This document shows, piece after piece, positions 16,858 through 25,096 of a stretch of 37,742 nucleotides of DNA. A program made the translations under genes and the position numbers. Numbering within the stretch: position 1 is the stretch's first letter; each line of letters starts with the position of its first letter. The notes beneath the pieces are model-generated. The model saw only the letters and a list, made by a program, of their open reading frames with translations. It was not told the origin of the DNA and searched no databases. Source of the stretch: a virus (lineage: Duplodnaviria; Caudoviricetes). The stretch covers positions 1 through 37,742 of IMG/VR virus record IMGVR_UViG_3300028585_000047; one strand, 5' to 3'.

Positions 16858-18958
16858 AGAAATCTCCTGGTGCCGCTGGCGGCGGTGGCTGCCGGTTCGC
16901 GGCTTCGAAGTCCTTGCGGTCCTGCTCGCGGGCTGCGACAGCCTCTTTCAGGGCCAATTCACCCTGTTTGATCTGCAGCTCGACGCCCTTGATCTGCAGC
17001 TGGATCTGCGCCAGCTCCTTGTCGGCCGCGAGCTTCTCGCGCTGGCCCTGCAGCTTCATCTCCTCGACCTTCACCTGGGCGTCCGCCAGCACCTGCTCGG
17101 GCAATGGCGGCGGTGGCGGCGGCGGCTTCTGTTCGACCTGACTCGGATCGTTAAAGAACTGGTCGATGCCCTTGATGTTCATCGCCTTGAGCAGCGCGCG
17201 GTAGGCGTTGTACAGCTTCATCGGGTCGAACATCGGCGAACCGGACTGGGCCAGCTGCTTCTGCTCGTTGATGATCATCTGCAGGTTCATGACCGTCTCG
17301 GCCTTGTCGCCGGTACCGAGGCCCACGTTCACCGTCGCGTCCATCTCGTCCGACCAGGTGCGCGGGTCGAACTGCACCCAGGTGCCGCGCATGCGGATCG
17401 TGGCCGCTTTGTCCTGGTGCTTACACACCAGCTTGAGCAGCAGCTTGAACAGGTCCTTCACGCCGGTCTCGGCCAGGATGCGCGCGATCATCATCAGGCG
17501 CTGCTGGCTGGCAGACATGATCTTGGTGACCCCGGTGGCGGTCTTGTTCAGGCTGTCCGCCTCGAGGCCCTGGTTGTACCGGGTAACGCCGGTCCGGACC
17601 TCGCGGCGCGTGTCCATGAACTCAATGCCCTGCAGCGCCGGCGCGGCCACCACGTTGGTAATCAGCGGCGAAACTGCGTTCTGCATCGGCCCCTTGCCAC
17701 GCACCAGGCCACCGATGCGGTTATCCAGTAGATCGCCCAGGTTCACGCCGGCATCGATGTTGACGTAGGTACGCGGGTTGTTGGCCAGGTACAGCGAATC
17801 GAGGTACTGGCGCGTCAGCGCGGTGTTGGTCGCCTGGATTGGCGCCGTTACATCAGCCAGGGCCAGGCCGTGCACGCGGTGCGGGATCGGGATCGGGGTG
17901 ATCACGCAATAATCGTGGCCGTCGGCCTCCTCGTTCTTGAGGGTCATGTTCGCGCCGCGCAGCACATAGCGCCACTCCACGATGCCGTCGCCGTCGTGGT
18001 CGCACTGGATGTAACCCTCGAACAGGGTGACCTCTTCCATGGCCTTGTCGAAGGTCTGGTCATCGGTCAGCGACTCAGTCTCGTCGTCTGCCATGGACTT
18101 TAGCGATTCGACGCCATCGACGTGCGCGTTCATGTCGTAGCTCTGGACTGCGAATGCCTCGTCCTTCGGGATTCCCATCTCGACCAGGTCGGAGCGGCGG
18201 AGCACAGCGTAATTGCCGACCAGCGGCGCATCATAGATCGAGCATGCGCGGCGCGACACCAGGAAGGTTTCCGGCCGCACGTTGCGGATCTGGACTTGCC
18301 CCTTTTTGCGGGTGACCTTGAGGTCGACGTCGTAGAGCATCGCTCCTGGTTGCGCCAGCCGCGCTTGCGCTTGGGCAGCAGCTTCCGGCGCCATGGCCAT
18401 GAGGCCGGCCGCCAGCTGCTCGCGCTGCGCCGCGTCTTCCGGATCCGGGTACTCGAGCTGCTCGAGCACCTCGACGCCCTCGGCCTGCATCAGCAGCGTG
18501 ATCTGCATCTGATCCAGGCCGGTGTACGCCTCGCGGGTCACCTTGTCGGCATCGTTCCAGAAGGCGCGCACCACGCCCAGCTTGGCCAGCAGCGCGTCCT
18601 TGAACCAGGTGTTGAAGATCAGGAAGCCCGGGTTCTGCTTCTTGACCACGTGGTTGATATAGTCGGTGGCCTGGCTGGCGAAGTTCTCGTCCTCGACGCC
18701 CACCGGCTCGTACTCTCCGATGTTGTCGCCCGACAGGAAGATGTCCAGCAGCGAGGGCAGGGCGCTCTCGACCACCTCGAACACATCCCAGCTCACGACC
18801 TGGGACCGGCCTTCCACCTCCTTGCCGTCCGGCAGACCCAGGTAGAGCGCGTAATTGCGCTCGCGCTCCGGGTTGATGGCGTGGTTCTGCCAAGTGGTGG
18901 CTTGCTCAATCTCGTGGTCGAGCAGCTTGTCGAACGTTTCGGCGCTGATCTTGGTCAT
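16850..18958 (-). CDS. Portal protein (P22-like, long C-terminal coiled-coil barrel)
   Basis: 702 aa; GRSQVVSWDVFEVVE...DALLAKLGVVRAFW; directly after terL. Confidence 0.92.
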   Translation of the reverse strand: MTKISAETFDKLLDHEIEQATTWQNHAINPERERNYALYLGLPDGKEVEGRSQVVSWDVFEVVESALPSLLDIFLSGDNIGEYEPVGVEDENFASQATDYINHVVKKQNPGFLIFNTWFKDALLAKLGVVRAFWNDADKVTREAYTGLDQMQITLLMQAEGVEVLEQLEYPDPEDAAQREQLAAGLMAMAPEAAAQAQARLAQPGAMLYDVDLKVTRKKGQVQIRNVRPETFLVSRRACSIYDAPLVGNYAVLRRSDLVEMGIPKDEAFAVQSYDMNAHVDGVESLKSMADDETESLTDDQTFDKAMEEVTLFEGYIQCDHDGDGIVEWRYVLRGANMTLKNEEADGHDYCVITPIPIPHRVHGLALADVTAPIQATNTALTRQYLDSLYLANNPRTYVNIDAGVNLGDLLDNRIGGLVRGKGPMQNAVSPLITNVVAAPALQGIEFMDTRREVRTGVTRYNQGLEADSLNKTATGVTKIMSASQQRLMMIARILAETGVKDLFKLLLKLVCKHQDKAATIRMRGTWVQFDPRTWSDEMDATVNVGLGTGDKAETVMNLQMIINEQKQLAQSGSPMFDPMKLYNAYRALLKAMNIKGIDQFFNDPSQVEQKPPPPPPPLPEQVLADAQVKVEEMKLQGQREKLAADKELAQIQLQIKGVELQIKQGELALKEAVAAREQDRKDFEAANRQPPPPAAPGDFYG

Positions 18959-20409
18959 TACACAATTCCAATCGATTTGTAGGGCAGGTCGCCCTCCCAG
19001 GTCTTGCGACCGATGTCACCGTAGGCGATGGCGTGGCGCCGCATCATGTAGGCGTAGCGCACGGCGTCCAGGATGTCGTCGCGCGTCTTCACGATCTTGC
19101 CCTTCGGGTCACGGTGGTACTGCAGCACCTCGTCGAACAGGTCGCGCAGGCCGGCGAAGATCTTGAAGCGGCCGGATAGCATCAGGTCGCGGATCTCGAA
19201 CAGGCCTGCCTCGACGCCGTTGCCGCCGTCCTCCCAGGTGGCCTGCTCGGCCAGCATCTGGAAGCCTGCCTCCTCGTAGTAGGCTTTCTGCTGCATCGCG
19301 CTGCCTTTCTCGTGCTGCAGGCCGTCGGCTGGCCAGGCGGTAGGCACGTTGGCAGCCCAGCCCTTGACGGCGCCCCACGCCTCGATCGGCTTGGTCTTGT
19401 CCTTCTTCCAACCCTTCGTGACGTAGAACATGTCGCCCTCCGGGTCGAACACCAGCTGCGCGTGCGCCTGCGGGTGGTCCCAGCCGAAGTCCATCCCACC
19501 GATGACGCGGAAGTGCTTCGGGATGTCGAAGGGCTGGCAGGTGATGTCGTCCTCGGCCAGGTCGTAGATTCGTCCATGTCCCAGCATCGGGACTCCTTTC
19601 GTTCGCATATCGCGTTGGTGCGCTGGGTAGCTGGCCAGCAAACCTTCCTTGGCCTGGGTGCTCAGGTGCGGCGCGTCGTCCCAGCCCTTCTGCATGTATT
19701 TCTGCACCGGTGATGGGTCATCCATGAACTGGATGACCAGGCTGGTACGGCCGTTCTCCGGCGTGAAGGTCAGGATCCCGCGGCCGCCGGCGCCCTGGTC
19801 ACCAGTTGCGGTCCGGGTGAGCACCTGCGGGAAGATCTCGTCGTCCTTCGGCTCCTCATCGATGTGGAACCAGTCGACGCTGTCACCCATCAGGGCGTGC
19901 TGACCTTGCGAGTACGACCAGAACTGCAGCACGGCGTCCTTGGCCTGGATGTCGCCGCCGCCGATTTGGCGGATGAACACGGAGCGCAGCGCGTTAGGCG
20001 TGCCGGCCATCGATTCATAGCCCAGGATGTGCTCGGGCGGGATCAAGCCGCCTGTGAAGTTGCTGCCTTCCTTCCGACCGACGATCGGCTCCTGCAGCAG
20101 GTCGCGCGTCTTCTCGCCCGAGTAGCCCAGGCACCAGATCAGCGGTGCATGGTTGAAGTAGTGGCCCTCCCAGTCGTCCGGATAGTCGCCCAGGGCGTGA
20201 ACGGCATCCATGTAGGTGCCGGTAAACGTCTTGCCGATCCGGTTCGCTGCGATCAGGCATACCTGGGTGTAGTCGGCCGTGCTGCCAATGAACTCGCGCT
20301 GCCAGGCGTACAGCTTGGCGTGCATGCGGCGGTAGCGATAGAGTTCGGCGCGGCGCTGACGCTCCTGGAGCATGGCCAGCAGCAGCTCCTTTTCGGCCCG
20401 GCCGGTCAT
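18958..20409 (-). CDS. terL: Terminase large subunit (P22 gp2-like)
   Basis: Walker A AANRIGKT; Walker B WFHIDEEP; LTFTPENG; nuclease GMDFGWDHP and DDILDAVRY. Confidence 0.95.
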   Translation of the reverse strand: MTGRAEKELLLAMLQERQRRAELYRYRRMHAKLYAWQREFIGSTADYTQVCLIAANRIGKTFTGTYMDAVHALGDYPDDWEGHYFNHAPLIWCLGYSGEKTRDLLQEPIVGRKEGSNFTGGLIPPEHILGYESMAGTPNALRSVFIRQIGGGDIQAKDAVLQFWSYSQGQHALMGDSVDWFHIDEEPKDDEIFPQVLTRTATGDQGAGGRGILTFTPENGRTSLVIQFMDDPSPVQKYMQKGWDDAPHLSTQAKEGLLASYPAHQRDMRTKGVPMLGHGRIYDLAEDDITCQPFDIPKHFRVIGGMDFGWDHPQAHAQLVFDPEGDMFYVTKGWKKDKTKPIEAWGAVKGWAANVPTAWPADGLQHEKGSAMQQKAYYEEAGFQMLAEQATWEDGGNGVEAGLFEIRDLMLSGRFKIFAGLRDLFDEVLQYHRDPKGKIVKTRDDILDAVRYAYMMRRHAIAYGDIGRKTWEGDLPYKSIGIV

Positions 20410-20834
20410 GGCGCGGTGCCCGAGGCCTTCGCGATCGCTGCCTCGAGCTCGTCGTCAGTCATCTTCGCGACCTGGTGCTGGACCGGGCCGCCGCCGTCGC
20501 CGGTCAGCTGCATCTTGTTGCCGTACTTACGCGGCTTCATGCGCTGGGCCTGCTCGACTCGGGCGTGGATGCGCAGCTTGGCCTTACGGATCGAGTCGGC
20601 GTCGACGCGGCAGTTGTCGGCGATATCGACAATTTCATCGATGAGCGTGTCGGCCCGCTCGTCGGTGGCCAGCTCGTAAATTTTCTCGAAGTCGGGGTGC
20701 TCGCGCAGCCAGCGGAACACGGCCGCTTTGCTGGGCATGCCGGCCAGCTTGCACACAGCGCGGATGGTTTTGCCGTCGGCGATCGCGGCGCAGAACTTGG
20801 CGGCCAGCTCAGGCGTGTAGGTGGTCGCGGTCAT
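20406..20834 (-). CDS. terS: Terminase small subunit (Sf6/P22-like)
   Basis: YTPELAAKFCAAIADGKTIRAVC..MPS...VFRWL HTH; PRKYG; upstream of terL. Confidence 0.9.
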   Translation of the reverse strand: MTATTYTPELAAKFCAAIADGKTIRAVCKLAGMPSKAAVFRWLREHPDFEKIYELATDERADTLIDEIVDIADNCRVDADSIRKAKLRIHARVEQAQRMKPRKYGNKMQLTGDGGGPVQHQVAKMTDDELEAAIAKASGTAP

Positions 20835-20843
20835 GGGATTCGG

Positions 20844-21026
20844 TCAAAAAAATGGCCCGGCAGCTGTTGCTGGCCGGGCCGGAAGCTCCGCCGAAGCGGA
20901 GACAGGAGACACAGGGTAGGGCGGCGGCGTGGCCGCCTGAATCAGCAGCGCGATGCGCGTCTGCTCGACCTGGTGCAGGATCCGCACCCAGCGGCACTCG
21001 GCTTCGTGAGATAGCTGCGAAAGCAT
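20844..21026 (-). CDS. Small hypothetical ORF at the head of the late operon
   Basis: MLSQLSHEAECRWVRILHQVEQ; high-GC3 5' part; start uncertain. Confidence 0.35.
   Translation of the reverse strand: MLSQLSHEAECRWVRILHQVEQTRIALLIQAATPPPYPVSPVSASAELPARPATAAGPFF
20846..20880 (-). terminator. Terminator-like hairpin immediately upstream of terS
   Basis: GGCCCGGCCAGC-AACA-GCTGCCGGGCC-A-T7 on the - strand. Confidence 0.6.
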
Positions 21027-21064
21027 GATATTGTTAACTTTCAAATAACTAATCAGGAGGTTTC

Positions 21065-21271
21065 ATGGATTACGCGCATTTGCTCTACGTCATCGAGGTT
21101 AGGAAGCTCGCACTGGGCCTCGCTCGAGGTGAAGCGCCAAAAGATGGAAGCGATGCAGAGCGTCAAATCCACATACGCGATAACTTCCGGAAATGCATCG
21201 CGACAGCGGTGGATGAGATTGAATTTGCCGCTCAAATAATCGACGAGATTAAAGCCAAAGATACGAAATAA
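21065..21271 (+). CDS. Moron: 68-aa hypothetical protein, antisense to the late operon
   Basis: Strong SD GGAGG; upstream TG-A-TATTGT extended -10; AT-rich; ends at a bidirectional terminator. Confidence 0.7.
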   Translation: MDYAHLLYVIEVRKLALGLARGEAPKDGSDAERQIHIRDNFRKCIATAVDEIEFAAQIIDEIKAKDTK

Positions 21272-21276
21272 AATGC

Positions 21277-21308
21277 AAAAAGCCCACTACCTTGCGGAGC
21301 GGGCTTTT
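21277..21308. terminator. Bidirectional terminator; tR'-equivalent of the late leader
   Basis: AAAAAGCCC...GGGCTTTT inverted repeat ~70-100 nt downstream of the late promoter. Confidence 0.75.
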
Positions 21309-21380
21309 CTACCGTTCACGCCGCGGGCTCCCTTTGGGAACCTGCCGCGTCATGATTGACGGAAATAAGTTGTTGGCAGG

Positions 21381-21409
21381 AATCTACCTGACTATTTTCC
21401 AGAAGTCAA
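21381..21409 (-). promoter_or_regulatory. Late promoter (lambda pR'-like)
   Basis: TTGACT-17 nt-TAGATT on the - strand, downstream of the Q-like gene and followed by a short hairpin leader and terminator. Confidence 0.75.
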
Positions 21410-22048
21410 TGGTTTAGCCTTGCGCTTTGCTGGTGCTGTCGCTTTGACTGCTGCTGCAGCTGCATCTTGAACTTCTTGGTCAGTCAAGAAGAATACGTCA
21501 TCCAAAGGGTGGAACTCGTCTACCACGTACTTCAATTCCTCATTGAACCCAGATGACAGTGCGGACAGATATACCATTTTCCCGGCGTGGGTCGCTTCTT
21601 CGATGAGCTGGGCGAAATCGCCATCGCCGCTGAATAACCAAACTGTTTCGGCGTGATCGCGGTAACAGGCTCGCATGATGTCGACGGCGATAGAGATATC
21701 ACAAATGCTCTCTTTTTTCGTCTTGTTAGCCCTCTTGCGAACGAAGGGCATAATCTGTCCTGTTACCCATTGAACACCAGCTTCTTCCGAACCTATCTCA
21801 CACTTCCAGGTCACCTCAGAAATTTTCTGACGTACACCCCGAACGAAATCATCATCTCCTACAACGCTGGTGTAGTAGCAGAGCCGCTTGAGATTCCAGT
21901 AATAGCCCTCGAAAACCTTATGATTCCAAATGAAACAATCCTTGATATGGATGTTGCCTGGTCGAGCGATTCGGCCCGCCTTTAACATTTCTTGATATCT
22001 GAAGACCAGATTCTCACCATCGACAAATATTATAGTTTTATCAAACAT
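21392..22048 (-). CDS. NYN/LabA-like PIN-domain ribonuclease (moron)
   Basis: IFVDGENL, CDISIAVD and LFSGDGDFAQLI acidic catalytic motifs; AT-rich insert. Confidence 0.85.
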   Translation of the reverse strand: MFDKTIIFVDGENLVFRYQEMLKAGRIARPGNIHIKDCFIWNHKVFEGYYWNLKRLCYYTSVVGDDDFVRGVRQKISEVTWKCEIGSEEAGVQWVTGQIMPFVRKRANKTKKESICDISIAVDIMRACYRDHAETVWLFSGDGDFAQLIEEATHAGKMVYLSALSSGFNEELKYVVDEFHPLDDVFFLTDQEVQDAAAAAVKATAPAKRKAKPLTSGK

Positions 22049-22100
22049 AGGCTACTTCACAAGTTGTTATCAGTTGATTCAGCCGATCATACCTTACGGC

Positions 22101-22622
22101 TTAGCTTCTGATTGAAACTACTGCGGCGTCGATCGCAGCCTGGGCAGATCGAAAACATCGGACAAACTCGGTGGCCGGGTGGCGCGGGATGGACAGTTTC
22201 CTGCAGACCACCTCGGGCGGGGCTTGGTCGATGTAGCACCACCACAGCAACAGGCGGTCGAAGGACTTGAGCTTGCGCATGCCAACCTCGATCAGCAGCG
22301 CGTCATCCTCATCGATCTTGCGCCGCTCTTCGCTTGCGCCGGTGCTGCCCAGCTCGGCCTTGCGCAGGCGTTCACAGATGGCGCCGGTCTGGCTGGCTGC
22401 GGCGGTTGGATAGCCGGCGGCCGTGGCCCAGCGCGCCCAGTTCTCGAGGCGAGAACCAATGTCGCGGCGCTCACGGTCTGGTTGACCTGGTTGCTGCTCT
22501 GCCGCGCGCGCATCGGCGTCCTGCCGGGTCACGTGCGCCACCTCGATCATGTCATCGTGGCGCCGCGCCGGCGCACCAGGTGCGCGCCAGGCACGGGTGA
22601 TTGTGGTGCGACGTTCGGTCAA
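22101..22622 (-). CDS. Late antiterminator Q-like protein
   Basis: IGSRLENWARW and LLWWCYI...VCRKLSI HTH; position after rusA; probable TTG start overlapping the rusA stop (alternative ATG at 22550). Confidence 0.7.
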   Translation of the reverse strand: MTERRTTITRAWRAPGAPARRHDDMIEVAHVTRQDADARAAEQQPGQPDRERRDIGSRLENWARWATAAGYPTAAASQTGAICERLRKAELGSTGASEERRKIDEDDALLIEVGMRKLKSFDRLLLWWCYIDQAPPEVVCRKLSIPRHPATEFVRCFRSAQAAIDAAVVSIRS

Positions 22623-23074
22623 GCTGCCTCCCGCTCCAGCAGGTCGGCCTGCATCTGCACCACCGGCATGGCCGTGATCGTCACCACGACGCGCGCCTGG
22701 CCATCCGGCTCCATGCGCTCGGCTGTGAGTCGGCGCACCCACTTGTCGTCTTCGATCGCCACGTCCTTGAGCGCGTCGAGCAGCACCTTGTTGGCGTTGT
22801 CCAGGTCGAGGCACTGGACGCCGTCGTCCCAGGCTGCGCCGAGCTTGCGCTGGCGCGCCTGCCAGTCGAGCGGGCGTCGCGGGTAGAGCTTGACGTCGAC
22901 GTGCACGCGGCCGGCCAGCGGTGCGCGGATGCCCTGGTCACGGCACAGCGCGGCGATATCGGCGCGGAACTGCTTCGCCTCCTTCGTCGGCACGATGCTG
23001 ATGTGCTTGCCGAGCTTCACCGGGCGCCAGTAGCGGTTCGCTGAGAGCGGGTAGGGCAGGGTCAGGGTGATCAT
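22619..23074 (-). CDS. rusA: RusA Holliday junction resolvase
   Basis: LPYPLSANRYWR and catalytic DLDNANKVLLDAL...IEDDKWV. Confidence 0.93.
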   Translation of the reverse strand: MITLTLPYPLSANRYWRPVKLGKHISIVPTKEAKQFRADIAALCRDQGIRAPLAGRVHVDVKLYPRRPLDWQARQRKLGAAWDDGVQCLDLDNANKVLLDALKDVAIEDDKWVRRLTAERMEPDGQARVVVTITAMPVVQMQADLLEREAA

Positions 23075-23131
23075 GGGGTCGTTCTCCTTGTCGTTGTCGT
23101 GGCCCGGCGCGCGGCCGGGCGGGGTGGTGCG

Positions 23132-23950
23132 TTATTCGACGATCAGCCAATCCTCGGCCAGCGCGTCGCTGCAGCTCGGCGCCCAGGTGCTGACGGTGTC
23201 GTCGACGTTCTTGACCGCCAGGTAGGCGGTGTAGGGGACCAGGCCACCGTCGCCGAAGAACGACTTGGCGGCGCCGGTTTGGGCGGGATAGCTGTTGGCG
23301 GGCACCAGGTACACGAACAGGCCCTTGCCGTTCCAGCCGGCGCGCGCCACCTTGGCGCCGCATTTCAGCGCGGCCAGCGCATCGCCGAAGTCGCCGTTGG
23401 CGAAGCCGGGCAGTGGCTCCGGGGCGCCAACAGCCTGCTCAGCTGGCGACAGGTCCGGCAGTGGCGCCAGGCCAGCCGCGCTCGTGCCATCGCTGTAGCA
23501 CTTCGTCTCGATTGCCGACGCCGGCGCGCCCTCGATCGCGTCTTGGTACGCACGGGCTGCGGCCAGCACGTCGCGATGCCCGTTGACGCCAGGCGTGCGC
23601 AGGGCCACCTCCAGGCAGTGCACGCGAATCTGGGTCGGGTCGGGCTTGATCGCCTCGCAGGCCGCGGCGGTCTTCTTCGCCTGGCCGATCTGGTACGGCA
23701 TCCAGGTGGCGTAGCGTCCGGCGTCCGGCGCCTGCTCGCGTTCCTGGACGAGCTGCACGTACGGCATCTGGTGCGGCACGCCGTGAGCGTCGAACACGGT
23801 CAAGTGCACGATGGTCGTTGCGGACGAGTCGACGACGCTCGCGATGATGGCGGCGAGCGGCTGGCCAGCCTCCGGCGGGGCGAATCCAGCCGACTGCGAG
23901 TTCGACGGCGGGTAGAACCAGACGATGCGGCCGACGGTGGGTTTGATCAT
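23132..23950 (-). CDS. Multi-domain protein with a C-terminal DUF2829/Tad2 (Thoeris anti-defence 2-like) domain
   Basis: C-terminus FGDALAALKCGAKVARAGWNGKGLFVYL...WAPSCSDALAEDWLIV matches the Tad2 signature; the N-terminal ~185 aa are unknown domains. Confidence 0.85.
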   Translation of the reverse strand: MIKPTVGRIVWFYPPSNSQSAGFAPPEAGQPLAAIIASVVDSSATTIVHLTVFDAHGVPHQMPYVQLVQEREQAPDAGRYATWMPYQIGQAKKTAAACEAIKPDPTQIRVHCLEVALRTPGVNGHRDVLAAARAYQDAIEGAPASAIETKCYSDGTSAAGLAPLPDLSPAEQAVGAPEPLPGFANGDFGDALAALKCGAKVARAGWNGKGLFVYLVPANSYPAQTGAAKSFFGDGGLVPYTAYLAVKNVDDTVSTWAPSCSDALAEDWLIVE

Positions 23951-24011
23951 GTTGCATTTCTCCTAGGGTGCTGCGGTTGTGGCGCTCTCGCGCGCGAAGT
24001 GGTCTCGGTGC

Positions 24012-24239
24012 TCAGGCCTTTGCCATCTTCCGATCCCTGGGAAACTGATCCCGGCTGATCGCCCGCTCGGCCTGCCTGGTTGCCCATGTGTCTCGTTCGT
24101 TGAAGAGCACACACGGCCGCTCGACGTTGGTCGGCAACACGGGCTTCTCCCAGCCGCTGCAATGGCCTGGCTGCTCTTCGCCTTTCACCGCCGATGGCGT
24201 GAAGCGGTTGCACTGGCTGCAGGGCTGGTGGTCGTTCAT
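24012..24239 (-). CDS. Small Cys-rich putative Zn-binding protein
   Basis: CSQCNRF...GHCSGW...RPCVLF; ATGA overlap with the replication gene. Confidence 0.65.
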   Translation of the reverse strand: MNDHQPCSQCNRFTPSAVKGEEQPGHCSGWEKPVLPTNVERPCVLFNERDTWATRQAERAISRDQFPRDRKMAKA

Positions 24240-25096
24240 GCGGCTTCTTCCCTTCGCCTTGCGGCTTCGGTAGCGCTGATGCGGGCGTTGTAGTCGTCGT
24301 AGCTCTCGTCCAGGCCTTTGGGGTCAGTGCCTTGGGGCTTGCGCGGTGGCGTAGGCTGGGCAGCGCTACCAGCTGCTGCCGGCTTGGCTGCGCCCGTGGC
24401 TTTCAGCTCGGAAGCCTCTTTGGCCCAGCGCTCGAGGATGGCGATCACGTAGGCAGGGCCGATCGGCTCGTTCGGCTTCGAGCGCTTCGCCTGTTCACAC
24501 GCGGCCTTCACGGTCTCGGCGGTGACGCCCTGGTCGGCTATGGCCATCAGGCGTGGGTCAGCAGGGTTCGACATGACGCCGAAGCTGCGCATTGCCATGC
24601 TGAGGGCGCCAACAGGGGTCGGTTCAACGCCTTGGCCCGCGCTCAACTCCGGTTGAGTAGAGGCGCGGTGTGTAAGGTCTGGAGTCTGGAGTCTGGTGTC
24701 TGGTGTCTGGCTAAGGTTTTTTTCGGTTAGCGAGTCAAAACCCAATGGGTTTTCTTTCGGTTCATGCTGGGTATCTTTTTTCTTCGGCCGTCCGCCCTTT
24801 TTGCCATTGCTTCGGTTTGCATCGGCTTGTGCGCTTGCTGCCGTAATCTCTTCCTCGCAGCGGTTCTGCGTCCACGTGCCGTCGACCAGGGTGAAGAACT
24901 CATCGAGCACGTTGGCCAGGGCCTGTAGTTCGTCCTTCGACCTGGCGCTGATCAGGCGCGCTGCTTTGTCCTGGGGAATGCCGGCTTCGCGGGTGTAGTA
25001 CACGTCCATGAGGCGGCTGTAGATGCCGTGCTCGAGCAGTGACAGGTGGCCGGCCTTCTTGATGTAGTCGCCGATGTGACGCTTGTAGAAGTTCAT
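24236..25096 (-). CDS. Replication initiator, YdaU/DUF1376 family (286 aa)
   Basis: MNFYKRHIGDY...LSLLEHGIYSRLMDVYY; NGKKGGRP motif; internal DNA repeats. Confidence 0.85.
   Translation of the reverse strand: MNFYKRHIGDYIKKAGHLSLLEHGIYSRLMDVYYTREAGIPQDKAARLISARSKDELQALANVLDEFFTLVDGTWTQNRCEEEITAASAQADANRSNGKKGGRPKKKDTQHEPKENPLGFDSLTEKNLSQTPDTRLQTPDLTHRASTQPELSAGQGVEPTPVGALSMAMRSFGVMSNPADPRLMAIADQGVTAETVKAACEQAKRSKPNEPIGPAYVIAILERWAKEASELKATGAAKPAAAGSAAQPTPPRKPQGTDPKGLDESYDDYNARISATEAARRREEAA
24677..24711. repeat. 5 x 7-bp tandem repeat GTCTGG(A/T/C) within the initiator gene
   Basis: gtctgga gtctgga gtctggt gtctggt gtctggc. Confidence 0.9.

Noticed and set aside
24677-24711. Tandem 7-mers as a CRISPR array or phase-variable tract
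   Set aside because: No spacers or cas genes; the reading frame is intact, and the location fits an origin region.
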